NCBI RefSeq assembly: GCF_044324875.1 | Contig: NZ_CP172185.1 | Origin: Escherichia coli | Lineage (GTDB): Bacteria; Pseudomonadota; Gammaproteobacteria; Enterobacterales; Enterobacteriaceae | Reading direction: 5' to 3' (one strand) | Length of the DNA: 64,000 bases | The notes under the pieces: generated by a model | What the model was told of the DNA's origin: nothing | Databases searched by the model: none | The model's input: only the letters and a program-made list of their open reading frames with translations | In this document: positions 1-10,941 of the stretch, piece by piece | Layout: each line of letters opens with the position of its first letter | Position numbering within the stretch: position 1 is the stretch's first letter | Position numbers and translations under genes: made by a program

Positions 1-1777
1 AGGGCTGATCAACAAAATCGCTGCCTTCGTCGCTGACAATCAGGAATCCACCGGGAGCCGGACTGTTTAGTGATTGTGCCGCTCGCGCCGTTTCATGCGT
101 GATAAACGGCGCGGTGGAGGTTGCCACCAGGTTATCCAGTGATTCCGCACTCACCGGGCGTAATAACACATTCACGCCATCGAGTTTCCCGGCGTTGGCG
201 CGTTTTACCAGCGCGTCCCAGTCTTTACTGTTGCCGAGATTGACCAGCGCATTTTTCAGTCGCACACAGTCATCTTTGGCATAACACAGATCCGCTGTCT
301 TCAGTACTATGTCGCCAAAATCATCAAGCAATACCATGCCGGATTTTTGAATTGCTGAACGTAATGAGGCGCTGACGCGAGATTCATCTTCCGGTTTAGG
401 GTGCAGCTGGCGATTAACTGCTTCGGTCAATGCCGTCGCTTTGTTGACCAATTCAGATTCTGGTAATGGCAATGAGCGGGCGTCATTCCAGATGATCTGC
501 GAGCAGTCAAACGGTAAAAAAGGTGAGTTGGTTTTCGCGCTCCAGGTACCGGAAGTGCGAATATTACACATTCCCGTACCGCTAATACGCAATGTATCGC
601 CAACCCGCACGCCAGCGTCAGCCAGTTGTTTCACGCTGGTGGCTTCAATGGTCTGCGCGCCTTTCATCCACGAGAGGGTGAATTTCAGCGGCATATCCAG
701 CGGGATCCAGAATAACAGCATAAACAGCACCAGTAGCGAGCCCGCAGCGATAATCGTACTGCGCAGCCAGTGCTGTAACGGAAAGTTTTTTACTTCATCA
801 TGGAGCGAAAGATATCGCCCCTGACGCACTACGTGGCGGTCGAGATAGATATCGATATCGGTTTGTTGACCGAGATCCTGAGCAATGTATGGCTGCCAGT
901 GTGCGGGGTAGACCAGGTCGATAATACCGAGTGAAATATTGTTGATCTGTTCCTGATCGTTTTCGCCAAACAATCCCCAACGACGGGGTGTACCGCGCAG
1001 ACAATGAATTTCCCGCAGGGAGGATTTTGCCGGGGGCGCGAATAGCCCCCACAGACCTGCGCCCAGCAGCAGTAACGCGCCGCCTGCCAGCCACGGAACA
1101 AATACATCCGGGGTAATCAGGCAGAAAAAGAACATTAGGAATGAGGCGACAATCAGCAACGCTTCACGCAGCCCGCGCGGACGACTTAGCGCATACTCTT
1201 CGTGCGTTTCTTTGCGAATATTGAGTAGCTCGATTTGCTCACTCTCTTCCCCGCGAATCGACGCCTGTGTTGACGGAACAGGTTGCAAGGCATAGCCGCG
1301 AGTTTCCTGCATGTACTCCTGCAGCGTATGACCGTTGAGTGAAATAACCAGCGGCAGCGAATCGGTATGAATCAGTTCAACGGTATTCTCATCGTTGATG
1401 TACTGCTCCCAGAAAGGGGGCAGGTGGACTTCTACCGAATCGAGGTAGTAACGCCATTTATTCGGATCGTCGGTAGAGATGCCGTAACGCGTGATAGCGT
1501 GTGTCAGCATCATGACGTTGTTGCTTTCGGCATTCAGCGCCAGAGAGATCGGTGCCGCGCTGGCTCCCGTTGGGCCAGGCACCTGTAATACCTGCGTCAG
1601 GCTCTCAAGATAATTTTCAACGGCGCTATGTTCTTCAGGTGTGAGTTTACGCGTTTGCGCATCCGCGAAGGCGTTGGTCCAGGGCAGCTGACGCCGTCTG
1701 GATCGCACTTTTATCAGCCATCCCGCAAGTAGTGAGCAGGCCAGCAAAGCAGCTAAAAAAATCACAATGGTGCTCAT
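1..1777 (-). CDS. igaA: IgaA (YrfF) inner-membrane regulator of the Rcs phosphorelay; partial, C-terminal end cut by the window edge
   Basis: Minus-strand frame is open from 1777 to the window start; reverse complement at 1775-1777 gives ATG followed by MSTIVIFL, the IgaA N-terminus as I recall it. Not in the ORF track because the stop lies outside the window. Confidence 0.85.
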   Translation of the reverse strand, partial: MSTIVIFLAALLACSLLAGWLIKVRSRRRQLPWTNAFADAQTRKLTPEEHSAVENYLESLTQVLQVPGPTGASAAPISLALNAESNNVMMLTHAITRYGISTDDPNKWRYYLDSVEVHLPPFWEQYINDENTVELIHTDSLPLVISLNGHTLQEYMQETRGYALQPVPSTQASIRGEESEQIELLNIRKETHEEYALSRPRGLREALLIVASFLMFFFCLITPDVFVPWLAGGALLLLGAGLWGLFAPPAKSSLREIHCLRGTPRRWGLFGENDQEQINNISLGIIDLVYPAHWQPYIAQDLGQQTDIDIYLDRHVVRQGRYLSLHDEVKNFPLQHWLRSTIIAAGSLLVLFMLLFWIPLDMPLKFTLSWMKGAQTIEATSVKQLADAGVRVGDTLRISGTGMCNIRTSGTWSAKTNSPFLPFDCSQIIWNDARSLPLPESELVNKATALTEAVNRQLHPKPEDESRVSASLRSAIQKSGMVLLDDFGDIVLKTADLCYAKDDCVRLKNALVNLGNSKDWDALVKRANAGKLDGVNVLLRPVSAESLDNLVATSTAPFITHETARAAQSLNSPAPGGFLIVSDEGSDFVDQP

Positions 1778-2096
1778 GCTTTCCCCATCTTACTTAGTCT
1801 GTCAGGCGTGGTCAGTCGCACCGGACACAAAACATGATTCTGCGGTTGGCTATCGGCAAGCGTGGAGTTTAACTTGAGCATCATTAAGCACATCACAGTA
1901 ACCGCTGATCATAGCAAACCCTCTGAAGGCGGAATATCAGCAAATTCCTGGAGTTATTTCAACCTATTGACTTTTAATTTGATTTGAGGACGATTATTTA
2001 TTAAGTTACATAAATGTAAATAACATGCAATTCACATTGCCGAAAGCGTGTCCTATATCGCACAATAACCGCTGATTTCACAGCATAGATCCCACG

Positions 2097-2657
2097 ATGA
2101 GCAAATCATTACAAAAACCCACCATTCTGAATGTTGAAACTGTAGCCCGTTCCCGACTGTTTACCGTCGAAAGCGTGGATCTGGAGTTCAGCAATGGCGT
2201 GCGGCGTGTTTATGAACGAATGCGTCCAACCAACCGGGAAGCAGTGATGATTGTGCCGATTGTGGACGATCACCTGATCCTGATCCGCGAATACGCAGTG
2301 GGAACTGAATCCTACGAATTAGGTTTTTCGAAAGGATTAATTGATCCGGGTGAAAGCGTCTTCGAAGCCGCGAACCGCGAGCTAAAAGAAGAGGTGGGAT
2401 TTGGTGCGAACGATCTGACTTTTTTGAAGAAGCTCAGCATGGCACCGTCTTACTTTTCCAGCAAAATGAATATCGTGGTAGCGCAAGATCTCTACCCGGA
2501 ATCGCTGGAAGGCGATGAGCCAGAGCCGCTACCACAGGTGCGCTGGCCGCTGGCGCATATGATGGATTTGCTGGAAGACCCTGACTTCAACGAAGCGCGT
2601 AATGTCAGCGCGCTGTTCCTCGTGCGCGAATGGTTGAAAGGGCAGGGGCGGTTGTAA
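2097..2657 (+). CDS. nudE: ADP-sugar diphosphatase NudE (Nudix hydrolase)
   Basis: 186-aa ORF; Nudix-type segment RELKEEVGF; conserved position next to mrcA. Confidence 0.9.
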   Translation: MSKSLQKPTILNVETVARSRLFTVESVDLEFSNGVRRVYERMRPTNREAVMIVPIVDDHLILIREYAVGTESYELGFSKGLIDPGESVFEAANRELKEEVGFGANDLTFLKKLSMAPSYFSSKMNIVVAQDLYPESLEGDEPEPLPQVRWPLAHMMDLLEDPDFNEARNVSALFLVREWLKGQGRL

Positions 2658-2798
2658 ATGCGTGAAGTTTGCCTGATGCATAATGCTTATCAGGCCTGTG
2701 CGGCTCCTGCAATATATTGATTTTTCTAGATGTTGCTAGACGGGTAAAGTGTTCACGCCGTATCCGGTATAAACAAAGTGCACTTTGTCAGCAAACTT

Positions 2799-2823
2799 AA
2801 AAAGGCGCTGAAGCGCCTTTTTA
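2799..2823. terminator. Bidirectional rho-independent terminator between convergent nudE and mrcA
   Basis: GC hairpin aggcgc-tgaa-gcgcct flanked by an A-run upstream and a T-run downstream, immediately outside both stop codons. Confidence 0.6.
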
Positions 2824-2824
2824 A

Positions 2825-5377
2825 TCAGAACAATTCCTGTGCCTCGCCATTATCGATAATGGTCGTTCCCACCTCGTGCACCGCCTGTTGTGTCGGCTGC
2901 GTACCTTCGATGAAATACTCTTCGCGGCTGTTGCCACCATTAGCTAACTGCCCGGTGCTGCGATCGATATTCACCGTCACAATACCCGGCGGCGGCGTCA
3001 GCGGCTGCTCCGGCACACCTTCAAGAACGGCTTTCATATAAGCGTCCCATGCAGGCTGGGCACTCTTGGCACCGCCTTCGTAACCTGAGATCTGATCTTT
3101 AATCGCTCCGGAAGCCGTTGTATGACCGAGATTACGACGGTGATCATCAAAGCCAATCCAGACCGAGGTCACAACGCCCGGACCGTAACCCGAAAACCAC
3201 GCATCTTTCGAACTGTTAGTGGTACCGGTTTTCCCGCCGATATCGCGACGCTGCAAATCACGACCTGCACGCCAGCCGGTACCCTGCCAGCCTGGCTCAC
3301 CAAAGATATTGGTGTTCAAAGCACTCTTAATCAGGAATGCCAGCGGAGTGTTGATGACGTGCGGTGCGTACTCCTGCGCGCCAGTCTTCGCCACTAACGC
3401 CTGATTTGCCTGCTCCAGCTGCGGCATTGGCACAGAAACATTCTGCTGCTCGCGGGAGATAGCGACATCTTCAACATCGTTATTTTCCAGCACGTTCGAT
3501 TTCTGCGTATCACCGTAAATTACCGGAATATCGCATTCCGGGCAGGCTACTTTCGGTTTCGCTTCGAAAATCACGCCGCCCTGATCGTTTTCAATTTTGC
3601 TGATAAACCACGGGTCCACCAGGAAGCCGCCGTTCGCCATGACCGCGTAGCCGCGCGCCACCTGCATTGGGGTGAATGACGCTGAACCCAGCGCCAGCGA
3701 TTCGGTGTGGACAATGTTTTGCGCCGGGAAGCCGAAGCGTTGCAGATATTCTGCAGCGTAGTCGACGCCCATCGCCCGCATTGCGCGTACCATCACCACG
3801 TTTTTCGACTGGCCCAGTCCCTGACGTAAGCGAATTGGACCAGCATATTGTGGCGGCGAGTTTTTCGGCTGCCAGTCAGAACCGGCACCTGCGTCCCAGC
3901 GAGAAATTGGCACATCGTTCAACATACTTGCCAGCGTCAGACCTTTATCCATCGCCGCGGTGTAGAGGAACGGTTTGATGTTGGAACCCACCTGACGCAG
4001 TGCCTGGGTGGCGCGGTTAAACTTGCTCTGATTGAAATCAAAGCCACCGACCAGCGCCATAACGGCACCGTTTTGCGGATTGATCGACACCAGCGCCGAG
4101 TTCACTTCCGGCACTTGTGCCAGCCACCAAGCATCGCCAACCTGACGAACCCAGATTTGCTGACCCGTTTGCAGAACATCGGTCACTTTACGCGGCGTCG
4201 GTCCCTGCTGAGTATCCGAACGGTAAGGACGCGCCCAGCGAACGCCTTCCATACTCAATGCGACGGTCGACCCGTCCGCCAGCATCGCCGTCGCTTCCTG
4301 AGGATTGGCGCTGGTGACTGCGGCAGGTAGCAGAGGACCATAGGTCGGCAGCGCCTTCAACGTATCGGTAATCTTGTTGTTATCCCACGCCGACTCGCCC
4401 ACTTTCCACAGCACATTTGCCGGGCCGCGATAGCCGTGGCGCATGTCGTAGTCCAGCACGTTATTACGTACCGCCTGCTGTGCGGCCTGCTGCACTTTGC
4501 GGGTGATGGTGGTGTAAATGCGATAACCGTCTTCATAGGCACTTTCGCCATAACGGTTATACATCTCCTGGCGCACCATTTCGCTCAGGTACGGCGCAGA
4601 GAAAGCAATCTCCGGCGCGTGATAGTTAGCGTTAATCGCCTCAGTGCGTGTCTGATCGAACTGTTGCTGGGTGATATACCCTTCATCCAGCATCCGCGAC
4701 AGTACGACGTTACGCCGCGCGACGGCACGATCCATTGAGTAGAGCGGATTAAAGGTGGAAGGCGCTTTCGGCAGCCCGGCTATCACCGCCATTTCGTTCA
4801 GCGTCAGTTGGTCGACCGTTTTACCGAAATAGACTTGTGCCGCAGCACCGACACCATAGGCGCGGTAACCGAGGTAAATCTTGTTCAGATAAAGCTCGAG
4901 GATCTCGTCTTTCGTCAGCAATTGTTCAATGCGAATCGCGAGGAAGACTTCCTTAATCTTACGCATCAGCGTGCGTTCTGGACTGAGGAAGAAGTTTCTC
5001 GCCAGCTGCTGGGTAATGGTACTCGCCCCTTGTGACGCGTGGCCGGAGAACAGCGCCACACTTGCCGCACGGAAGATCCCCACCGGGTCAACGCCGTGAT
5101 GCTCGTAGAAGCGGCTGTCTTCCGTCGCGATAAAGGCTTTCACCATCTCCGGCGGGATTTGATCCAACGTAACCGGAATACGACGTTTCTCACCGTATTG
5201 AGCGATCAGCTCGCCATCGGCGCTGTAAATCTGCATCGGAATTTGCAGGCGAACATCTTTTAATGTCGCCACATCCGGCAGTTGTGGCTCGATGTAGCGG
5301 TATAGGCCATAAATCGAGCCTGCTCCCAGCAGAATGCAACAGACTGCAAGGATCAAAAAATACTTTACGAACTTCAC
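2825..5377 (-). CDS. mrcA: Penicillin-binding protein 1A (bifunctional glycosyltransferase/transpeptidase)
   Basis: 858-aa ORF in track; likely true start is the GTG at 5377 (VKFVKYFLIL...), giving 850 aa; N-terminal transmembrane anchor, glycosyltransferase and transpeptidase regions recognisable. Confidence 0.93.
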   Translation of the reverse strand: MKFVKYFLILAVCCILLGAGSIYGLYRYIEPQLPDVATLKDVRLQIPMQIYSADGELIAQYGEKRRIPVTLDQIPPEMVKAFIATEDSRFYEHHGVDPVGIFRAASVALFSGHASQGASTITQQLARNFFLSPERTLMRKIKEVFLAIRIEQLLTKDEILELYLNKIYLGYRAYGVGAAAQVYFGKTVDQLTLNEMAVIAGLPKAPSTFNPLYSMDRAVARRNVVLSRMLDEGYITQQQFDQTRTEAINANYHAPEIAFSAPYLSEMVRQEMYNRYGESAYEDGYRIYTTITRKVQQAAQQAVRNNVLDYDMRHGYRGPANVLWKVGESAWDNNKITDTLKALPTYGPLLPAAVTSANPQEATAMLADGSTVALSMEGVRWARPYRSDTQQGPTPRKVTDVLQTGQQIWVRQVGDAWWLAQVPEVNSALVSINPQNGAVMALVGGFDFNQSKFNRATQALRQVGSNIKPFLYTAAMDKGLTLASMLNDVPISRWDAGAGSDWQPKNSPPQYAGPIRLRQGLGQSKNVVMVRAMRAMGVDYAAEYLQRFGFPAQNIVHTESLALGSASFTPMQVARGYAVMANGGFLVDPWFISKIENDQGGVIFEAKPKVACPECDIPVIYGDTQKSNVLENNDVEDVAISREQQNVSVPMPQLEQANQALVAKTGAQEYAPHVINTPLAFLIKSALNTNIFGEPGWQGTGWRAGRDLQRRDIGGKTGTTNSSKDAWFSGYGPGVVTSVWIGFDDHRRNLGHTTASGAIKDQISGYEGGAKSAQPAWDAYMKAVLEGVPEQPLTPPPGIVTVNIDRSTGQLANGGNSREEYFIEGTQPTQQAVHEVGTTIIDNGEAQELF

Positions 5378-5496
5378 TGGAAATTTCCCATTTAGTTTCA
5401 TTTGGGCAGTTTATAAACAAACGCGCGGTAGTATAAAGGCAAGCCAGACGCATTGATATACCCGTCAGAGTGACGGGTGATAAGGAGATCATCACA

Positions 5497-6276
5497 ATGG
5501 CATTTAAGATCTGGCAAATTGGTTTGCATTTACAACAGCAAGAAGCGGTAGCGGTTGCTATCGTGCGGGGCACAAAAGAATGTTTTTTGCAACGCTGGTG
5601 GCGGTTGCCGCTGGAGAACGACATAATCAAAGATGGGCGGATTGTTGATGCGCAGCGGCTGGCTAACACGTTGTTACCGTGGAGTCGCGAACTGCCGCAG
5701 CGTCATCACATTATGTTGGCGTTTCCCGCCAGTCGCACATTACAGCGGTCATTTCCACGCCCGTCGATGTCCCTTGGTGAGCGGGAGCAAACGGCCTGGC
5801 TGTCCGGGACGATGGCCCGCGAGCTGGATATGGATCCGGACTCCCTGCGCTTCGATTACAGCGAAGACTCACTCAGTCCCGCCTATAACGTGACTACCGC
5901 GCAAAGCAAAGAGTTGGCAACGCTGCTTACTCTGGCAGAAAGGTTGCGTGTTCATGTTAGCGCGATCACCCCGGATGCCAGTGCATTACAGCGATTCCTG
6001 CCTTTTTTACCTTCTCATCAGCAATGTCTGGCCTGGCGTGATAACGAACAGTGGCTGTGGGCGACGCGCTATCGCTGGGGGCGCAAACTGGCGGTGGGGA
6101 TAACTAGCGCGAAGGAGCTGGCGGCAGCGTTATCCGTTGATCCCGAAAGCGTCGCGATATGTGGCGAAGGCGGATTTGATCCCTGGGAGGCCGTTTCTGT
6201 TCGTCAGCCGCCGCTACCGCCGCCAGGTGGAGACTTTGCCATCGCGCTGGGGCTGGCGCTTGGGAAGGCGTACTGA
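5497..6276 (+). CDS. hofM: HofM (PilM-like type IV pilus / DNA-uptake assembly protein)
   Basis: Track ORF 5470-6276; internal ATG at 5497 (MAFKIWQIGL...) matches the usual N-terminus; first gene of hofMNOPQ. Confidence 0.85.
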   Translation: MAFKIWQIGLHLQQQEAVAVAIVRGTKECFLQRWWRLPLENDIIKDGRIVDAQRLANTLLPWSRELPQRHHIMLAFPASRTLQRSFPRPSMSLGEREQTAWLSGTMARELDMDPDSLRFDYSEDSLSPAYNVTTAQSKELATLLTLAERLRVHVSAITPDASALQRFLPFLPSHQQCLAWRDNEQWLWATRYRWGRKLAVGITSAKELAAALSVDPESVAICGEGGFDPWEAVSVRQPPLPPPGGDFAIALGLALGKAY

Positions 6277-6815
6277 TGAACCCGCCAATTAATTTTTTGC
6301 CCTGGCGACAGCAACGCCGGACCGCTTTTCTTCGTTTCTGGTTGCTGATGTTCGTTGCGCCTCTGCTGCTGGCTGTCGGGATAACGCTAATACTGCGTCT
6401 GACAAGCAACGCCGAAGCACGCGTAGACACCGTTTTGCTTCAGGCGGAACAACAACTCGCCCGCAGCTTACAGATAACGAAACCACGTTTGCTGGAACGC
6501 CAGCAGTTACGCGAACAGCGTTTGCAAAGGCAGCTCCAGCGACAATTTACCCGTGACTGGCAATCTGCGCTGGAAGCACTGGCGGCGCTTTTACCCGAAC
6601 ACGCCTGGCTGACAACGATAAGCTGGCAGCAGGGAACGCTGGAGATCAAGGGGCTGACAACAAGCATTACCGCGTTAAACGCACTAGAAACGTCACTCCG
6701 CCAGGATGCTTCTTTTCATCTCAATCAGCGGGGGGCCACGCAGCAGGATACGCAGGGACGCTGGCAATTTGAGTATCAGTTAACAAGAAAGGTTAGCGAT
6801 GGACATGCTCTTTGA
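6276..6815 (+). CDS. hofN: HofN (PilN-like)
   Basis: 179-aa ORF with N-terminal transmembrane helix; ATGA start/stop overlap with hofM. Confidence 0.85.
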   Translation: MNPPINFLPWRQQRRTAFLRFWLLMFVAPLLLAVGITLILRLTSNAEARVDTVLLQAEQQLARSLQITKPRLLERQQLREQRLQRQLQRQFTRDWQSALEALAALLPEHAWLTTISWQQGTLEIKGLTTSITALNALETSLRQDASFHLNQRGATQQDTQGRWQFEYQLTRKVSDGHAL

Positions 6816-7239
6816 CTGGTGGTTCGTCGCATCACCCCGCCTCCGCCAGCTTTGCTGGGCAGTCTGGTTGCTGGTGTTAGTTACGCTCATTTTTCTGTCA
6901 TCGACACACCAGGAAGAGAGCGACGCATTAATTCGACTACGGGCGAGTCATCACCAGCAGTGGGCCGCACTGTATCGCCTGGTAGACACCACTCCCTTCA
7001 GCGAGGAAAAAACGCTGCCCTTTTCGCCACTGGATTTTCAGTTATCCGGCACGCAACTGGTTTACTGGCATCCATCCGCGCAGGGAGGTGAGTTGGCGTT
7101 GAAAACGCTGTGGGAAGCAGTGCCATCGGCATTTACACGGCTGGCAGAGCGCAACGTCAGCGTGAGCCGTTTTTCGTTAAGCGTGGAAGGTGATGACCTT
7201 TTGTTCACGCTACAACTGGAGACGCCGCATGAGGGTTAA
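6799..7239 (+). CDS. hofO: HofO (PilO-like)
   Basis: 146-aa ORF overlapping the hofN end; transmembrane N-terminus. Confidence 0.82.
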   Translation: MDMLFDWWFVASPRLRQLCWAVWLLVLVTLIFLSSTHQEESDALIRLRASHHQQWAALYRLVDTTPFSEEKTLPFSPLDFQLSGTQLVYWHPSAQGGELALKTLWEAVPSAFTRLAERNVSVSRFSLSVEGDDLLFTLQLETPHEG

Positions 7240-7633
7240 ACGCTGGTTGTTGGCAGGTATTGCATTGTGCCTTTTAACCGGTATGCGTGACCCTTTTAAA
7301 CCGCCGGAAGATCTATGCCGGATTAGCGAACTTAGCCAGTGGCGCTATCAGGGGATAGTAGGGCGAGGCGAGCGCATCATCGGTGTAATAAAAGACGGGC
7401 AAAAGAAATGGCGACGGGTGCAGCAAAACGATGTGCTGGAAAACGGTTGGACAATTTTACAGCTGACGCCAGACGCACTAACGCTGGGAACCGGGACAAA
7501 CTGCGAACCGCCACACTGGTTGTGGCAACGGCAAGGAGATACAAATGAAGCAATGGATAGCCGCACTACTGTTGATGCTTATACCCGGCGTACAGGCGGC
7601 AAAGCCGCAAAAAGTGACGCTGATGGTGGATGA
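7229..7633 (+). CDS. hofP: HofP (PilP-like lipoprotein)
   Basis: Track ORF 7190-7633; ATG at 7229 gives MRVKRWLLAGIALCLLTGM, a lipoprotein-type signal with cysteine. Confidence 0.8.
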   Translation: MRVKRWLLAGIALCLLTGMRDPFKPPEDLCRISELSQWRYQGIVGRGERIIGVIKDGQKKWRRVQQNDVLENGWTILQLTPDALTLGTGTNCEPPHWLWQRQGDTNEAMDSRTTVDAYTRRTGGKAAKSDADGG

Positions 7634-8783
7634 CGTTCCGGTAGCTCAGGTGTTGCAGGCGCTGGCTGAACAGGAGAAGTTGAACCTGGTCGTGTCGCCA
7701 GACGTCAGCGGTACGGTGTCGTTACATCTAACAGATGTTCCCTGGAAGCAGGCACTACAAACTGTAGTAAAAAGCGCCGGACTGATAACGCGGCAGGAAG
7801 GCAACATTCTCTCGGTGCATTCCGTTGCCTGGCAGAATGACAATATCGCCCGTCAGGAGGCGGAGCAGGCGCGGGCGCAGGCAAATCTGCCGCTGGAAAA
7901 TCGCAATATTACTCTGCAATACGCCGACGCCGGAGAGCTGGCGAAAGCGGGGGAGAAGCTACTGAGTGCCAAAGGGAGTATGACCGTCGATAAACGCACC
8001 AATCGCCTTTTGCTGCGAGATAACAAAGCGGCGTTAAGCGCGCTTGAACAGTGGGTAGCGCAAATGGATCTGCCGGTCGGGCAGGTTGAGCTGTCGGCGC
8101 ATATTGTCACCATTAATGAAAAAAGTTTGCGTGAGTTAGGCGTGAAATGGACGTTGGCTGATGCGCAACAAGCTGGTGGCGTTGGGCAAGTCACCACGCT
8201 TGGCAGCGACCTCTCCGTAGCGACGGCGACAACGCATGTCGGTTTTAACATTGGACGCATCAACGGACGTTTACTGGATCTTGAGCTTTCCGCGCTCGAA
8301 CAAAAACAGCAGCTGGATATTATCGCCAGTCCGCGTCTGCTTGCCTCACATCTTCAGCCTGCCAGCATTAAACAGGGGAGCGAAATTCCATATCAGGTTT
8401 CCAGCGGGGAAAGTGGCGCGACGTCGGTGGAATTTAAAGAGGCCGTCCTGGGGATGGAAGTTACGCCCACGGTGTTACAAAAAGGTCGCATCCGGCTGAA
8501 ATTACACATCAGCCAGAACGTTCCGGGGCAGGTGCTACAGCAGGCCGATGGCGAAGTGTTGGCGATTGATAAGCAGGAGATCGAAACGCAGGTCGAGGTC
8601 AAAAGCGGAGAAACGTTGGCGCTGGGCGGCATTTTTACCCGTAAAAATAAATCGGGTCAGGATAGCGTACCGTTGCTTGGCGACATTCCCTGGTTCGGGC
8701 AATTATTTCGTCATGACGGAAAAGAAGATGAACGACGCGAGTTAGTGGTGTTTATCACGCCACGACTGGTTTCCAGTGAGTAA
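7545..8783 (+). CDS. hofQ: HofQ secretin (DNA-uptake / type IV pilus outer-membrane channel)
   Basis: 412-aa ORF with signal peptide and secretin C-terminal domain (..VPLLGDIPWFGQLFR..). Confidence 0.9.
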   Translation: MKQWIAALLLMLIPGVQAAKPQKVTLMVDDVPVAQVLQALAEQEKLNLVVSPDVSGTVSLHLTDVPWKQALQTVVKSAGLITRQEGNILSVHSVAWQNDNIARQEAEQARAQANLPLENRNITLQYADAGELAKAGEKLLSAKGSMTVDKRTNRLLLRDNKAALSALEQWVAQMDLPVGQVELSAHIVTINEKSLRELGVKWTLADAQQAGGVGQVTTLGSDLSVATATTHVGFNIGRINGRLLDLELSALEQKQQLDIIASPRLLASHLQPASIKQGSEIPYQVSSGESGATSVEFKEAVLGMEVTPTVLQKGRIRLKLHISQNVPGQVLQQADGEVLAIDKQEIETQVEVKSGETLALGGIFTRKNKSGQDSVPLLGDIPWFGQLFRHDGKEDERRELVVFITPRLVSSE

Positions 8784-9183
8784 ACAGCCGTAAAAGCGGT
8801 AATGTTTTTACGCTGAACATGTTTCATCTATTTGACGCGCGCAGGTATTTAGCATACAAGGAGTACCGATTTGAGAGTTGGTGCTCTTCGCTGCCTGCGT
8901 TCCATGATGATGATTTATCATTCAGGCGGCATTTTGCTGTCTTTTTTACGCTAATCTTACCCGGTGATTTATCGCCAGAGCGGTGGTAGCAAGGCAGCGC
9001 GCTTGCAGCGACCAGATATGCAGAGGGATGGGTGATTTATTCAGTTGCCAAACCCGCTGGAGTATTGAGATAATTTTCAGTCTGACTCTCGCAATATCTT
9101 ATGAGGTTTCAGTTCATGTCCTGCGGCGCTCTCTGAGCGAAGCGGGTTTATCATTAACGAATAGTCTTAGTAGTACCGAAAAA

Positions 9184-9705
9184 ATGGCAGAGAAACGCAA
9201 TATCTTTCTGGTTGGGCCTATGGGTGCCGGAAAAAGCACTATTGGGCGCCAGTTAGCTCAACAACTCAATATGGAATTTTACGATTCCGATCAAGAGATT
9301 GAGAAACGAACCGGAGCTGATGTGGGCTGGGTTTTCGATTTAGAAGGCGAAGAAGGCTTCCGCGATCGCGAAGAAAAGGTCATCAATGAGTTGACCGAGA
9401 AACAGGGTATTGTGCTGGCTACTGGCGGCGGCTCTGTGAAATCCCGCGAAACGCGTAACCGTCTTTCCGCACGTGGCGTTGTCGTTTATCTTGAAACGAC
9501 CATCGAAAAGCAACTTGCACGCACGCAGCGTGATAAAAAACGCCCGTTGCTGCACGTTGAAACACCGCCGCGTGAAGTTCTGGAAGCGTTGGCCAATGAA
9601 CGCAATCCGCTGTATGAAGAGATTGCCGACGTGACCATTCGTACTGATGATCAAAGCGCTAAAGTGGTCGCAAACCAGATTATTCACATGCTGGAAAGCA
9701 ACTAA
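9184..9705 (+). CDS. aroK: Shikimate kinase I
   Basis: Track ORF 8983-9705 is an upstream extension; ATG at 9184 gives [23 protein letters not shown] (Walker A), 173 aa. Confidence 0.93.
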   Translation: MAEKRNIFLVGPMGAGKSTIGRQLAQQLNMEFYDSDQEIEKRTGADVGWVFDLEGEEGFRDREEKVINELTEKQGIVLATGGGSVKSRETRNRLSARGVVVYLETTIEKQLARTQRDKKRPLLHVETPPREVLEALANERNPLYEEIADVTIRTDDQSAKVVANQIIHMLESN

Positions 9706-9761
9706 TTCTGGCTTTATATACACTCGTCTGCGGGTACAGTAATTAAGGTGGATGTCGCGTT

Positions 9762-10850
9762 ATGGAGAGGATTGTCGTTACTCTCGGGGAACGTAGTTAC
9801 CCAATTACCATCGCATCTGGTTTGTTTAATGAACCAGCTTCATTCTTACCGCTGAAATCGGGCGAGCAGGTCATGTTGGTTACCAACGAAACCCTGGCTC
9901 CTCTGTATCTCGATAAGGTCCGCGGCGTACTTGAACAGGCGGGTGTTAACGTCGATAGCGTTATCCTCCCTGACGGCGAGCAGTATAAAAGCCTGGCTGT
10001 ACTCGATACCGTCTTTACGGCGTTGTTACAAAAGCCGCATGGTCGCGATACTACGCTGGTGGCGCTTGGCGGCGGCGTAGTGGGCGATCTGACCGGCTTT
10101 GCGGCGGCGAGTTATCAGCGCGGTGTACGTTTCATTCAAGTCCCGACGACGTTGCTGTCGCAGGTCGATTCCTCCGTTGGCGGCAAAACTGCGGTCAACC
10201 ATCCCCTCGGTAAAAACATGATTGGCGCGTTCTACCAGCCTGCTTCAGTGGTGGTGGATCTCGACTGTCTGAAAACGCTTCCCCCGCGTGAGTTAGCGTC
10301 GGGGCTGGCAGAAGTCATCAAATACGGCATTATTCTTGACGGTGCGTTTTTCAACTGGCTGGAAGAGAATCTGGATGCGTTGTTGCGTCTGGACGGTCCG
10401 GCAATGGCGTACTGTATTCGCCGTTGTTGTGAACTGAAGGCAGAAGTTGTCGCCGCCGACGAGCGCGAAACCGGGTTACGTGCTTTACTGAATCTGGGAC
10501 ATACCTTTGGTCATGCCATTGAAGCTGAAATGGGGTATGGCAATTGGTTACACGGTGAAGCGATCGCTGCGGGTATGGTGATGGCGGCGCGGACGTCGCA
10601 ACGTCTCGGGCAGTTTAGTTCTGCCGAAACGCAGCGTATTATAACCCTGCTCACGCGGGCTGGGTTACCGGTCAATGGGCCGCGCGAAATGTCTGCGCAG
10701 GCGTATTTACCGCACATGCTGCGTGACAAGAAAGTCCTTGCGGGAGAGATGCGCTTAATTCTTCCGTTGGCAATTGGTAAGAGTGAAGTTCGCAGCGGCG
10801 TTTCGCACGAGCTTGTTCTTAACGCCATTGCCGATTGTCAATCAGCGTAA
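9762..10850 (+). CDS. aroB: 3-dehydroquinate synthase
   Basis: 362-aa ORF; immediately downstream of aroK as in the aroKB-damX-dam operon. Confidence 0.93.
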   Translation: MERIVVTLGERSYPITIASGLFNEPASFLPLKSGEQVMLVTNETLAPLYLDKVRGVLEQAGVNVDSVILPDGEQYKSLAVLDTVFTALLQKPHGRDTTLVALGGGVVGDLTGFAAASYQRGVRFIQVPTTLLSQVDSSVGGKTAVNHPLGKNMIGAFYQPASVVVDLDCLKTLPPRELASGLAEVIKYGIILDGAFFNWLEENLDALLRLDGPAMAYCIRRCCELKAEVVAADERETGLRALLNLGHTFGHAIEAEMGYGNWLHGEAIAAGMVMAARTSQRLGQFSSAETQRIITLLTRAGLPVNGPREMSAQAYLPHMLRDKKVLAGEMRLILPLAIGKSEVRSGVSHELVLNAIADCQSA

Positions 10851-10941
10851 CAACAAGAAAGGTCAGGCCGCTTATCAAGCGGTCTATTAGCTTCAGGTTA
10901 ATTGCAACGTGGTAAGCATTAACCTTTTAGTGGGGTGTTAA

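Noticed and set aside
8983-9183. N-terminal extension of aroK in the ORF track (240 aa rather than 173 aa)
   Set aside because: The conserved AroK N-terminus with its Walker A motif begins at the internal ATG 9184; the upstream frame is fortuitously open. The same applies to the extended track ORFs for istB, istA, frlR, frlC, frlB, frlA, hofM, hofP, yhfU, yheO, rpsL and tufA.
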